Source of the DNA: Scyliorhinus canicula
Taxonomy: Eukaryota
Direction: 5' to 3'
Length of the DNA stretch: 64,000 bases
Assembly (NCBI RefSeq): GCF_902713615.1
Contig: NC_052149.1
Location: 165,540,379-165,604,378, forward strand
Positions 1 to 13,612 of this stretch are shown piece after piece. The notes beneath the pieces were generated by a model that searched no databases, had not been told where the DNA came from, and saw only the letters and a program-made list of their open reading frames with translations. A program made the position numbers and the translations under genes. The number at the start of each line of letters is the position of its first letter. The first letter of the stretch is position 1.

Positions 1-560
1 TGAGTGATGCCAAACAAGGAGGATGATGCCGGAACATAATTAGGCAGCAAAAGTGACAGATAGAATATAATAGTGATGTGTGAGGGAATGCATTTTGGCA
101 GAAGGAATAGGAAATATAGATTTAATGGCACAGTTCTAAAGAGTCTGCAAGGGCAGAGGCACCTGTGTGCGCATGTGTACAAATCTTTGAAGGCAAACAT
201 ATTGAGAAAGTAATCAGTGGTTAATACAGGATCTTTAGCTTCACAAATAAAAGGTATTCTGTGCGAAAGTAGACAGCTTTAGCTGAATGTACAAAGCTCC
301 AGGGAACACAGCTTTGGGATCTTGGCCAAGAGATGCAGGATGGAAGGAAGAATTTATTATACACAGTGAGTGGTAATTAATGACCTGAATCTTGCTGCCC
401 ACGATGGGGTGGAAGCAGAGGCTAACGATTTTCAATGGAAATGGGTTGGGCACCCAAGGCAAATAAACTTCCAGAATGGGGCTGACTGGATTGCTCTACA
501 GAGGGCTAGCATGGCTTGCAGAACCAAATGACTGACTTTTGTACTGCAATGATTCTGGCT
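1..560 (+). mobile_element. Degraded CR1 3' portion
   Basis: atgatgccaaac (ADD-K-like), tgcattttggcagaaggaat (HFGRRN) and a CR1-like 3' tail. Confidence 0.65.
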
Positions 561-1212
561 CAGTCTATATCCATCAGAGTTTCTACACAATGTAACTGTA
601 TGCCGCCGCACACATTTAGACTCAAAACGCCCTAAAAAATGACTTTGTAATAGAACAAGATTGGTGGTGAAGGAAGCTGTCTTCTTTGACGAGAGATGAA
701 ATTGTAACAAGCAAATTTCAAGGAAATTGAATATTTATTCCACAAATAATATTGAACCCATCTCATATAGACATGTCTTCAGCTGTGGAGAAAACAGTTC
801 CCAATTAAGCTTTTGTATTCCATGACTATAAACAAGTCACAAGGCTGAAAAAAATTTATATTTATATTCCTAGGCCTGTTTTGTGAACACAATTTTATGT
901 AGCTTTCACTGGAGTGAAAACTTCTGATTTTGAGGTCTTCGGTGAAAGAATAACTAGAAATACTGTATTTAATGAAATCCTATTGCAATAAATACACTAA
1001 TCTGACCGCAATTACTTTGCAGGTCTCGGTTAGTACATCTTTATTAAAAAGTAGAACACACACAAACAATGGTCTTGAATGGATTATCTGGAGGGAAAGG
1101 CAGGTGATTATTGATCTGCAGGATGAGTCAGGGGAGGCATTATGGGTGCAGTCAGGGAGATGGAAAGAAATTGGCAAGATTAACCCTTAGTTGATGCGCT
1201 GAGTGGGAATGT

Positions 1213-1224
1213 GCCCCCCCCCCC

Positions 1225-1259
<35 letters not shown>
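1213..1259. repeat. Poly-C tract (poly-G on the ATP6V0E1 sense strand)
   Basis: About 46 C with one A interruption. Confidence 0.9.
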
Positions 1260-1625
1260 ATCCCATCCCAGAAGAAAAAGAAAAACAATCTAACCCATAC
1301 AATTCAATAAAATAACAACTGTCGGAACAAAAAATATATACAGGAATCATTCTATAAAAATGCTTTAATAGCTTGAATTTCTCAGGAATGTTGCACTTTA
1401 AACTGGAGCTGGAAATTTTGTAAACAAATGGAAAATTATTTTAAAATTAAGTGACTCCATAACTCTCCATGCAATCAAATTTGGGGAATTTAGGCCAATT
1501 TTAATTACTGCCCCAAGAGACCAATTATTTATCAGTATCAACTGAATCGTTGCTCTGACTCAGCATTGCATTACAAAGTGCGATTCCCTCAAGCCGTGTT
1601 TTTAGGCTGCCCACTGCCGCTTTTA

Positions 1626-1855
1626 TTTTAAAAAAAATAAATTTAGAGTACCTAATTATTTTTTTCCAATTAAGGGGCAATTTAGCATGGCCAATCCACC
1701 CTACCTGCACATCTTTGGATTGTGGAGATGACACCCATGCAGACACGGGGAGAATGTGCAAACTCCACACGGGCAGTGACCCTGGTCCGGGATTGAAGAT
1801 GGGTCCTCAGCGCTGTGAGGCAGCAGTGCTAACCGCTGCGCCACCATGCCACTCT
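1626..1855 (-). mobile_element. tRNA-headed SINE, short A/T-tail subfamily
   Basis: Box A/B-like head, central tgtggagtttgcacattctcccc core, 14-bp TSD ca(c/t)tgc(c/t)gctttta. Confidence 0.9.
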
Positions 1856-2214
1856 CATTGCTGCTTTTAAATGTTATTTTTTTCTTTTACTTTGACATAC
1901 TGTTGAAAAGTGCAATGGAAGAGTGAAAAAAGATTAGTACATTCTCCACATGTCTGCGTGGATTTCCTCGTGGTGCTCTAGTTTCCTCCCCCACTCTAAA
2001 ATTGTGCAGGTTAAGGTCATGCTAAATTTCTGCTTAGTGTCCAAAAGGTTAGATGGGGTTACGAGGATAAGACATGGAGGTGGTCCTTGGTGGAATCATC
2101 TTTCCGAGGGTTGGTGCAAACTCGATGGGCCATATGGCCTCCTTAGGCACTGTAACGATTCTATGATTCTTGTTCAATTAGTCACCTAAAGTTGGCAGAT
2201 AATACAGAACTTGA

Positions 2215-2425
2215 ATATTGCTGCGGAGTGATATTTTGCCAAAGTTTTCGACTTGCACTCATCAGGAGAAATGCAAGAGTGCCAAAGTTCAAATGATCAC
2301 AAGTCAAACTGCAGGAGAAAAGCGTGCTGGTTATTTGACGTCAACTCCAATTGGCAAGGAGTTGCCCTGGAGTAAGAGAACCAGCTCCCTATACTTCCAG
2401 GTAATTGAAAAAAGGCACAAGGAAA
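2215..2425 (-). mobile_element. Penelope terminal-repeat fragment with hammerhead-like core
   Basis: Homologous to 29260-29485; minus strand reads CTGATGA-gtgcaagtc-GAAA. Confidence 0.65.
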
Positions 2426-3419
2426 ACATCATTTTGTTGCAGCGAATGGGTTACTACTACTCTTTATTGTCACAAGTATGAAGTTACTACGAAAAGCCCC
2501 CAGTCGCCACATTCCGGTGCCTGTTCGGGTAATTGAACCCACTCTGCTGGCTTTGTTCTGCATTACAAACCAGCTGTCTCGCCCACTGAGCTAAACCAGC
2601 CCTTGGTTCCTAGTGTGGCTATTGGTGCATTCAGGATTGTTCAGCAAGTGCTGCCCAATCGCAGAATCACATCTAACCACATTTTTTTTGTTTAAAAGAA
2701 AACTTTAAAGCAATTATATTTACAGTGTCTCATAGGATCATAGAATCCCACAATGCAGAAGGATGCCATTTGGCCCACCGAGCCACACTGACGCTCCAAA
2801 AGAGCACGCCCACCAGGCCCCCATTCCTGTAACCCAATAACTTCACCTAACCTTTTGAACACCAAGGAGCAATTTAGCGTGGCCAATCCAACTAACGTGC
2901 ACATCCTTGGACAGTGGGAGGAATCTGGAACACCCGAAGGAAACCCAAGCAGACATAGGAGAATCTGCAAATTCCACACAGTGACCCATGGCCAGAAATG
3001 AATCCTGGTCTCTGGTGCTGTGAGGCAGCAGTGCTAACCACTGCACCACTGTGTCATCCACATCTAAACATATCCAACAGTAGACATTTTGTTTAGGGTT
3101 ATGCAAACACAGACTCACTGGATTCCAACTGTGCCCTGTCCATTACGAACAACCGCAGGCAGGAACATGCTGCCTGATGTGTTTCATGCTGCTACCATTG
3201 TGTGGCAAAACATCTCTTTGGGATACTGGCAGTCAGACCAATTAGTGAAAAAGATCACTTGTGTTGCCATGGCATAATACCAGCATGAAGTGGCTAGCTT
3301 AACCGGTTATTCAAATATTTTGAGATACTTTACCTTTCCAGGGTAATTTTTGTTCTTTTCAGGTCGAAAAGACATGCATGTGTATACAGGCACCCATTCA
3401 CTGCAAACAAAAGGAATAT

Positions 3420-3720
3420 AGGGGTGGCATGGTAGCACAGTGGTTAGCACTGTTGCTTCACAGATCCAGGGACCAGAGTTCGATTCCCGGTTTGGTGACT
3501 GTGCGAGTCTGTATGCTCTCCATGTGTCTTTGTGGGTTTCACCCGAGTTCTCCAGTTTCCGCCCACAAGTCCCGAAAGACGTGGTTGTTAGGTGAATTGG
3601 ACATTCTGAATTCTCCCTCCGTGTATCTGAACAGTCCACATTGTGTGGCGACTCGGGGATTTTCAGAGTAACTTCATTGTGTGTTAATATAAGCCAACTT
3701 GTGACACTAATAAAGATTAT
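3420..3720 (+). mobile_element. SINE with third tail type (other copies about 4415-4700-, 17722-18028+, 50985-51190-, 62835-63066-)
   Basis: Same head and core but tail …gtggcgact(a)gggg…cagtaacttcattg…gtgacactaataaagattat. Confidence 0.88.
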
Positions 3721-3724
3721 GTGA

Positions 3725-3945
3725 AAGCCTTGTACTTTTTGGAATTACCCAGAAATATGGAGTGCATATATCTCTGTTGTTTTCTCCATGGAAGCACCTC
3801 AGCCAGAGTCCACTTGCTCTTGCCAACCAATTAGCATCCCTTTTTTCCTGTAGTATAAATTGTGATCATTGAAATTTGGCATTCTTGCCTCCCGATGAGG
3901 GCAAGGTGAAAAGCTTCAGCAACATATCTCTCTTTGCAGCAATAT
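3725..3945 (+). mobile_element. Penelope terminal-repeat fragment with decayed hammerhead-like core
   Basis: Homologous to 29260-29485; reads cCGATGA-gggcaaggt-GAAA-agct-TC. Confidence 0.65.
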
Positions 3946-5699
3946 TAGAGTACACCTGTATATTTTATAAACATTCTTTACTTTGATATTAGAATCAGCA
4001 CATTTTATTGAATTATAAAGCAGTACTTGATACATAAATTACTTTTACACATAACATTAATTTAGATTCAGCTGTCTCCCATATCTCAGTAGGCTTATAG
4101 ACCCACCCTTAAGCAGACACAAACTGGTGGGCTGGCTTTTGGCAAATTATTTTAAACTCAACTAACTTCATCACTCTCTGTACAGTCAAATTTCAGGAAA
4201 CTGATAAATCCATCTCCCTTATTTTGGTGCTGGACTCATTGAGACAGATTGTTTAAACATCAGGTTTATTAGCCAAGAGTGTGATGAGAATGTGGAATTT
4301 TCTACGTGACAGGTTTCTCTAGTTCATCTTCAATGCCAACTTTGATATAGTACACCCGCTAGTCAGACACTGATATATTGCACAGATTTAAAATTCACAG
4401 TGCGATTTAAAAAAAATCTTTGTCACAAGTAGGCTGACATTAACACTGCAATGAAGTTACTGTGAAAAACCCCCGAGTCTCCATATTTCAGCACCTGTTC
4501 AGTTACACGGTGGGAGAATTCAGAATGTCCAAATTACCTAACAGCACATCTTTTGCGACTTATGGGAGGAAACCAGAGCACCCGGAGGAAACCCACACAG
4601 ACACAGCGAGAATGTGCAGATTCCGCCCAGTCAGTGACCGAAGCCGGTAATCGAACCTGGGACCCTGGTGCTATGAAGCAACAGTGCTAACCACTGTGCT
4701 AATTTTAGTATCCTACTCAACCTACTTAATATGTTATTTATAATTTTCAGCCAGCTCAGAATAGCAATTTATAACAAATTGAACCAGAGGGTTTACACAA
4801 TCCATGGCAGACAAGAAGCAAAGTCAAATATTTGGTAATTGACCCTGGTCCTTCATTAATAGACTAAAAACAATATTTGAAAACAACGACAAAGCAAATT
4901 TTCAGGAAACCCTGATTTTACAAAACAAATGCTACCAATGAAATCATCGCACTAAAAAGTGGCAAATGAAAAGATGAAGAACAATGGAACAAACAAAAAC
5001 ATCTACACAGCTTTCACATTTCCTTGCTGTTATATAATCAACTATGTTGGTTGAGACCTGGAGAAAGTTATCCATCCAGCCTAAGGCGATGCTTTGCACA
5101 GAGCCGGGAAATGGGTTCTATTAGTCATTAACATTCACAAATCATTTTCATTTCATTTTTGCTGGTTCACATGGACTGAGACTGCCTTTCAGAACAAGAA
5201 AACGCTTTAACTAGGGCTGACTTCTTGTATTCTAGTAAAATGCATTTATAAACAGAAAATTCTTTGTAAACATTTAACTATCAAACTTTTTCATTCTCAA
5301 AATATATCATAGCAACCAGTTTATAAATTATAGCACCACCTGCTGGTCCTTTGCAAAGCAGCAAGCATGCAGATCTAATAAAGGTTAAATCATAGAATCA
5401 TAGACGCCCGACAGTGCAAAAGGAGGCCATTCGGCCCATCTGCACCTACCCACTGAAAAGAGCCCCACCGTCACCCGTAACCCCACCTTTTGGATACTAA
5501 GAGAAATTTAGGATGGCCAATCCACCTAACCTGCACATCTTTGGACTGTGGGAGGAAACCAAAGCACCCAGAAGAAACCCACGCAGATATGGGGAGAAAA
5601 TGCAAACTCCACTCAGTCAACCGAGGCCGTAATTGAACCGGATCCGTGGCGCTGAGGCAGCAGTACTAACCACTGTGCCACCGTGCTGCCCACAAATCT

Positions 5700-8600
5700 G
5701 TGAACATAGATGCTAAATTAACATAGGAACAGGAATAGGCCATTCAGCCCCTCAAGCCTGTCCCACCATTCAATGAGATCATGGCTGATATGTGACCCAA
5801 CTCCTTTAGCCCAAATCCTTTAATGCTTTTGCTAAGAGAAATCTATCTGTCGCAGATCTAGCAATTGATCTAGTTTAAAATGCTGTTTGTGGGAGAGAGT
5901 TCCAAACCTCAACCCCCCTTTGAGTGAAGAAGTTCTAACATCTCTCCTGAATAGTCTAGCACTAATTTGTAGACTATGCCCATAGTTTCAGAATCTCCAA
6001 CTAGTTTAGCTTTATCTACCCTGTCTTTCCCTGATGCAATTACCCCTTAGCCTTCAAACTTCTATCAAAAAAAAGAGGTCTAATTTGAGTAATCTCTCCT
6101 TTTAACTCAACCCCTGTATTCCAACGTCATACTCCCGCCAAGGCCAAAATATCCTTCTGAAGGTGTGGTGCCCAGAACTGCTCACGGTACTCCAAGTGGG
6201 GTCTAACCAGGGTTTTGTATACCAGCATAACAAGTGTCTTTATATTTCAATCCTCTAGATATAAAGACTAGCATTCCATGAGCATTTTGATCATTTTCTC
6301 AACTTGTTCCGGACATTTTAAGGACTTCTGCACCTGAACTCCCAAGTCTCTTTGGGCATCCACTGCACGCAACGTCTTTCCATTTAGAAAGTACTCTGCT
6401 CCATCCTTTTTTGGTCCAAAATGGACAAACTCACACTTCCTTACATTAAATTTCACCAGCCATAATTTTGCCCATTCAACTAGTTTATCAAAATCTCCTT
6501 GCAATTTTATGCTATCATCTATGCTATCTGCAATTCCACCTAACTTTGTACTATCCACAAATTTGGATACATGACTTTCTATGCCATCATCCAAATCATT
6601 AACGACTGGTGTAAATAATTGAGGCCCCAACACAGATCCCTGTGATACACCACTCGTCACCGTCTGCCCATTTGAGTAATTACCTATTATCCCCACTCTG
6701 TCTCCTGCCACTCAACCGGTTTCCAAACCACACCAAAAAATTACCCTCAACTCCTTGGGCTTCCACCTTAGTTAACAGTCTCTTGTTATCCGGCTGGGAA
6801 GTTTGCTAGAGTCACCCGGGAGGATTTAAACCAGTATGGCAGGAGGGTGGGAACCAGAGCTTTAGCTTAGAAGGTGTAATAACTGAAGGGGAAATAGAGA
6901 ACAAAAATAAGAGACCACCACCACCCTCAGGCAGAGCAAAAAAGGTGACAAGTTTGAGAAGGGAGGCGATCAATACAGGATTGAAGGTGTTGCACCTAAA
7001 TGTGCACAATATACGGAACAAGGTAAATGAGCTTGTTATGCACTTTGAAATTGGCCGGTACGATGTTGTGGGCATCACAGAGATGTGACTGCAAGGGGAT
7101 CAGGGCTGGGATCTAAATGTACAAGGATATGTGTCCTATCGAAAGGACAGGCAGATGGGCAAAGGGAGCGGGGGTTGCATTGTTAGTATGGAATGAAGTT
7201 AAATTGATAGCAAGGAGCGATATAGGATCAGAAGGCATAAAATCTCTTGTGGGTAGAGCTGAGGAATCGCAAAGGTCAAAAGATCCTGATGGGCTTTATG
7301 TACAGGCCCACTAGCAGTAATCAGGATGTAGGGCAGAAAATAAATCAGGAGATAGAAAAGGTATGGAAAAAATGAAATATTACAATAATCATGGGGAACT
7401 TCAATATGCAGGTGACTGGGAAAATCAGATTGGTAGTGGATCCCAAGAAAAGGAATTTGTGGAATGTCGAAGAGATGGTTTTTTGGAGCAGCTTGTGACA
7501 GAAGAGGCAATTCTGGATTTGGTGATGTGTAATGAGGCAAACTTGATTAGGGAACTTAAGGTGAAGGAACCCTTAGGGAGCAGCAACCACAATATTATAG
7601 AATTATCCTGCAGTTTGACAGGGAGAAGCTGAATTCAGATGTAATGGTATTACAATTAAATAAGGGTAACCACAAAGACATGAGGGAGGAGCTGGCCAGA
7701 GTTGATTGGAAAAGGAGCCGAGCAGGTAAGTCAGTGGAACATCAATAGCTGGAGTTTTTGGCGATTATTCGGGAGGCACAATAGAAATTCATCGCAAAGA
7801 GGAGGAAACATACCAAGCGGAGGGCAAGGTAACCATGGCTGACGAGGAAAGTCAAGGACAGAATAAAAGCAAAAGAAAAAGCATACAAAGTAGTGAGGAT
7901 TAGTCGGAAGCCAGAGGATTAGGAAGCCTTTAAAAGCAAACAGAGGACAAGTAAAAAAGCAACGAGGGGGGAGAAGATGAAATGTGTGCAAGCTAGCTAG
8001 TAATATGAAAGATGATAGGAAGAGTGTTTTCAATATATAAAAGGTAAGAGAGGCAGAAATAGACATTGGACCATTGGAAAATGTGGCTGGAGAAGTAATA
8101 ATAGGAAACAAAGAAATATCAGAGGAACTGAATAGTTAATTTGCATCAGTTTTCACAGTGGAATGCCAGGGGGCATAGGGGAGTGTAGTGGCCATCATGA
8201 AGGAGAAGGATCTGGGGAAACGGAAAGGTCTGAAGGTGGATAAATCATCTGGACCGGATGGACTACACACCAGGGTTCTAAAAGTGATAGCTGAGGAGAT
8301 TGTGGAGGCAGTGGTGGTGATTTTTCAGGAATCCCTGGTGGCAGGGAGGGTCCCAGAGGACTGGAAAGTGGCTAATGTAACACCGCTGTTGAAGAAGAGA
8401 GGGAGGCAGAATATGGGCAATTATAGGTTGGTTAGCCTGACATTGGTAAGATTTTAGAGTCAATTATTAAAGATGAGATCGTGGAGTACTTGGAAGTGCA
8501 TGATAAAATAGGACTGAGTCAGCATGGCTTCGTCTAGGGTCTTACAAATCTGTTAGAGTTCTTTGAGGCGATAACAAGGACATTAGACAAAGGAGAATCA

Positions 8601-10140
8601 GTGAACGTGATTTATTTAGATTTCCAGAAGGCCTTTGACAAGGTGCCACATAGGAGACTGTTAAATAAGTTAAGGGCCCATAGTATTACGGGTAAGATCC
8701 TGGCATGGATAGAGGGTTGCCTGACTGGCAGAAGGCATAGAGTGGGGATAAAGGGGTCTTTTTCAGGATGGCAGCCGGTGACTGGTGGTGTACCTCAGGG
8801 GTCTGTGCTGGGACCACAACTTTTCACAATATACATTAATGATCTGGAAGAAGGAACTGAAGGCACTGTTACTAAGTTTGCAGATGATACAAAGATCTGT
8901 AGAGGGACAGGTAGCATTGAGGAAGCGGGGTGCTGCAGAAGGACTTGGGCAGGCTAGGAGAGTGGGCAAAGAAGTGGCAGATGGAATACCATGTGGAAAC
9001 ATGTGAGGGTATACTCTTTGGAAGGAGGAATTCACTATTTTCTAAATGGGGAAATGCTCAGGAAATGAAGCACAAAGAGACTTGGGAGTCCTTGTTCAAG
9101 ATTCTCTTAAGGTTAATGTGCAGGTTCAGTCCGCAGTTAGGAAGGCAAATGCAATGTTAGCATTCATGTCGAAAGGGCGAGAATATAAGACCATAGGTGT
9201 ACTTCTGAGGCTGTATGAGGCTCTGGTCAGATCCCGTTTGGAGTATTGTGAGCAATTTTAGGCCCCGTATCTAAGGAAGGATGTGCTGGCCTTGGGAGAG
9301 CTTCTAGCGGAGGATCACAAGAATAATCAACGGAATGAAGAGCTCGTCATTTGAGGAACAGTTGCGGACTCGGAGTCTGTACTTGTTGGAATTTAGAAGG
9401 ATGGGGGGGGGTTTGAAACTTACAAGATACTGCGAGGCCTGGATAAAGTGGACGTGGAGAGGATGCTTCCATTTGTAGGAAAAACTAGAAGCAGAGGACA
9501 CAATCTCAGACTAAAGGGACAATCCTTTAAAACAGAGATGAGGAGGAATTTCTTCAGCCAGAGGGTGGTGAATCTGTGGAACTCTTTGCTGTAGAGGCCA
9601 AATCACTGAATATCTTTCAGACAGTGATAGATAGGCTCTTGCTAAATAAGGGGATCAGGGGTTATGGGAGAAGGCAGGAGAATGGGGATGAGAAAAATAT
9701 CAGCCATGATTGAATGGCAGAGCAGACTCGATGGGCCGAGTGGCCTAATCCTGCTCCTATGACTTATGGACTTGTGTGAGATTGTATCAAGTGCCTTCTG
9801 GAAGTCCATGCAAATGACATCCATAGACATTTCCTGGTTCCCCCCCTTCTTAAAAAGTGGAGTGACATGTGCAATTTTCAAATCCAGAGGGACTACTCCT
9901 GAATCTAGGGAACTCTGGAAGATTATAGTTAGAGCATTTAAAACGTGCTCCCCTATTTCTTTTAACATCCTCGGATGGAAACGGTCAGGTTCGGGGGATT
10001 GGTCACTCTTTAGTTCCATTAATTTCCTTGTTAGTGAAGCTGTGCTTAAGTTAACTGTATTAAGTCCCTATCCTCTATCAACTATTAATTTTTTTCTGGA
10101 CTTCCGACAAATTATCCTTCTTTTCTACAGTAAACACTGC
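5700..10140 (-). mobile_element. Older CR1, split by a younger plus-strand CR1 (pieces about 5700-6786 and 9771-10140)
   Basis: [14 protein letters not shown]…FVDSTKL (6268-6711); MDFQKALDTISH (right piece) continues as KRLLTKV (left piece). Confidence 0.85.
6787..9770 (+). mobile_element. CR1 LINE, about 3 kb, ORF2 decayed
   Basis: [53 protein letters not shown]; 3' tail cctgctcctatgacttatgg; apparent TSD cttgt. Confidence 0.93.
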
Positions 10141-10364
10141 AAATTCTTCAGCAAAGTAACAATTACAGATAGTGCTACAGTAAATGTTTTGGCTACTGGC
10201 TATTTTAATGGTAATTTTTATCTAGCAAAGACAAAAAACCCAATGATTGAGAAGCCTCATTATCTTCAGCGATGATACAATTTGCTAATTTTATATGACC
10301 ACGACAACTTTCATGAAATGACTGTCAGGCAGGCAATAGTAGGGAACATTGCTCAAATCTATTT

Positions 10365-10702
10365 GGGGCAGCAGGGTAGCATGGTGGTTAGCATAAATGC
10401 TTCACAGCTCCAGGGTCCCAGGTTCGGTCACTGTCTGTGTGGAGTCTGCACGTCCTCCCCCTGTGTGCGTGGGTTTCCTCCGGGTGCTCCGGTTTCCTCC
10501 CACAGTCCAAAGATGTGCGGGTTAGGTGGATTGGCCATGCTAAATTGCCAGTAGTGTCCTAATAAAAGTAAGGTTAAGGGGGGGGGGGGGTTGTTGGGTT
10601 ACGGGTATGGGGTGGATACGTGGGTTTGAGTAGGGTGATCATGGCTCGGCACAACATTGAGGGCCGAAGGGCCTGTTCTGTGCTGTACTGTTCTATGTTC
10701 TA
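10365..10702 (+). mobile_element. HE1/V-SINE-like SINE with CR1-derived tail (other copies about 1945-2170+, 2730-3060-, 5390-5692-, 16395-16680-, 28390-28640-, 37670-37975+, 48750-48930-)
   Basis: ggggcagcagggtagcatggtgg head, shared core, tail gggccgaagggcctgttctgtgctgtactgttctatgttctat like that of the local CR1s. Confidence 0.9.
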
Positions 10703-10942
10703 TTGCAAGATCTATACAGGACATGGTCAGATTTGCATTCTGTATATAAAACTGGTGTGCAATTATTTTTCCTTAGTCTAATCAGGACTAAGAGTATTCA
10801 TGCATTATTTCACCAGTGCTGGTATCTAGCACTTGTCAAACAGGAATTAACCCCGCCAACAGAAAAACATCCCAAGACGCTTCAATGGGGTGGGGTGGGG
10901 GATAAAATCTCATTATGCTCACCCATCTCAAATTCAATTGCT

Positions 10943-13612
10943 GGACTTCTGCTGGAGGTCTTGAGCTGAGCGGTTGCACGAAAGGTGACTGTCGGCCAAG
11001 AACATTGACTAAGGCCTTTTAACCTTAACAAACTGGCACCAAAAGTACTCAATGCCCCAGACTAACCCCCCATCTACCGCACTGCTAAGTAGGATGGGAA
11101 AGAATCAGCTGTCCAGCCGAAACACCAGTAAAGACGAGGGGACGGAAATCTCTGCCTCAGACCTGGGACCACATGTGGAGGCACAGAACCGACGAAGGTC
11201 AACCCCGTCGAGCTCCAGACATAGGGAGAAGATGAAAAGAGACCTCCTGGCAGTCGTCGAAGCGGCAGTGGAGGCCCCATGAGGGAGGCAATGGACAATA
11301 TGGAGCGGAGGCTAGAGTCCCAGGTAACGACAAGACAGGACCTCGAAAAAGCTGGTTGTTGAGGAATGCTTCGCCAAGCCCTCGGAGGTAGACCGCACCC
11401 AGGGTCGCTTTGGCAGTGGCCCAGGGCTGGGGAACCACCGTGAGTGCTAATTGTGAGGCTGCACAAGTACCAGGACCATCTTGAATGGCCAGTGAGCAAG
11501 GGAAGGCCCAGAGGGCGAGTATGGTAGAGCGGGTGGGGAATAGCCCCTCCCTCCATCCAGATAGTAACATGGAGGCGGGGGGCTCAATGGGGCATTAAAG
11601 AGATCCAGAGTCCTCACCCACTCATCTCAAAAGTCTAAATGTGGAAGTAGCCTTCCTACAGGAGGCACACTAGAGGGCGAGACCAACTGTAGGTCAGGAA
11701 GGGCTGGGTCACACTGTCAGTGTGGAGTTTGCACATTCTCCACGTGTTTGCGTGGGTTTCGCCCCCACAACCCAAAGGTGCGCAGGGTAGGTGGATTGGC
11801 CACGTGGACGTACAATTTCCCGAGAGATAAAGAATTCTATTTCTTCCCCCATGTGCACAAAACCTACTCACGCATATATTTTTTGGTTATAGGGAAAAAG
11901 GTGTTTCCTGGGGTAACAAAGGCAGAATACTCCTCGACTGTAATCTCCAACCAATACGCCCCATTATACATGGATCCCCCCCCCCCCCCCCCCCCCCCCC
12001 AGAATGGAAACCAGAATGGAAGGTCTCACCCGCCACGTTCTGGGAGGCACTGAAGGCGGTGATCAGGGGAGCCAAGCAGTGGCTGATCAATCCCAACCGT
12101 GGAATTGCTGGCAGCTGCCAGCAGAGAGGGAAAAGCTGCAGATGGAATTTGATCTGCTCTTCACAAGGAGACAGTCCGCCAGCTCCGCCAGACACCAGGG
12201 CCAACAACTTTGGGGAAACCCATGCAGACACAGGGAGAAAGTGCAATGCCCACACAAACACCCCCTTCCACCTCCCCTTCAGGTGCCATTTAAAGCTTGG
12301 CGAGATGTCCATCAAGGCCCCCATCTGCAACAACCTTAGGTTCACACTGGCAAAGATAGATGCCACATTTGGGAAGTGCAGGGTGGACAGAGGGACAATG
12401 AGTGAAGGACATGTATGTGGACAATAGACTGGTGACCACGGGGAAACTCACGGAGAGGAGAGAGCACTCCAGCTCGAGGTGCCGCACAGGACCAATTCCA
12501 CTTCCTCTTCTGCAGGGCTAAGCCTGATGCAGCTCAAGGTGGTGCACAGAGTGCACCTTACTAAGACATGCATGAGCAGGTTCTTCCTGGAGGTGGTGGT
12601 TAAGTGCGAGCGGTGTCAGGGTGGACCAACAATCCCCACATGTTCTGGTTCTGCCCAGATTCGGAGTTCTGGGCGGTCTTTTTTGAGACGATGCCCAGGG
12701 TTGTAAAGTCGAGATGGAGCCATACAAATCTGTGGTGGTCTTTGGGGCATCAGAGCATCCAGAGCTCTGGACAGCGAATGGGGCTGATACCCATGCCTTC
12801 ATCTCACTGATCGTCAGGTGCAGACATCTACTAGGAAGTTGGCAGCAGGACCCAGGGCCTTGAGAGTGGCTCTCAGACCTGGCCGAGTTCTGAAACTAGA
12901 AAAAATTAAATGCGCAATAAGGGGGTCAGAGGAGAGATTCCATGACATGTGGAAGAAGTTCACAAACCTCTTTGCAGAACCTGTTCACAACCAGCAACTA
13001 AGCTGGGGGGTGGCACCGCTGGGATGAAAGGGAGCTCGTGCATAACAAAGAAATGGGAGACAGGGGGGACGGGGACGGAGACAACACAACCGGCCCAACC
13101 CGGTTTTTGTAACTGACCAGACCAGGGCTGAACTAGCTTATACACTTCAATTCCGCAGAGTTATCTGGTGGCAACCAGAGCAACAAATTCCAATATCAGC
13201 GTTATTTGAACTAAAACAAAAAAGTATTATTATTATTTCATAAAATCCTGTTTATGCAACTAGCCTTTTCTAGTTTGTCATTGGGGGGAGGAATACTGAT
13301 CCCTCCCACAAACCAGGAATGCGCAGGCAACCCCCCCCTCCCCTTCAGCAAATTATAAACAACATAAAGAGTTCTGATGGTAATTGTAAACACTAATGTA
13401 TTACTAAACATTAGAAACCCAATACGAATATTTTAAATATATGATACCCGCTAACATAAATAACGTAAGGAAATGATAGAACTGGGAACACTGCCAGAGA
13501 CACGGTAGCAATGCGAGATACTGGTGTTGTTTTTGTTTTATTATTATTTTTATATTATTCTGCAAAGTTTAGATATTAAAGTGCAAAAATTCCAATAAAA
13601 ATATATACTTTT
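10943..13612 (+). mobile_element. Old, internally deleted L1 lacking RT, with SINE fragments inside
   Basis: TSD aaattca(a/g)ttgct (10930-10942 and 13613-13625). EN remnants (HVHKTYSRI, WEALKAVIRG), C-terminal remnants (QLKVVHRVH, CERC…HMFWFCP), AATAAA at 13594. Confidence 0.8.
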
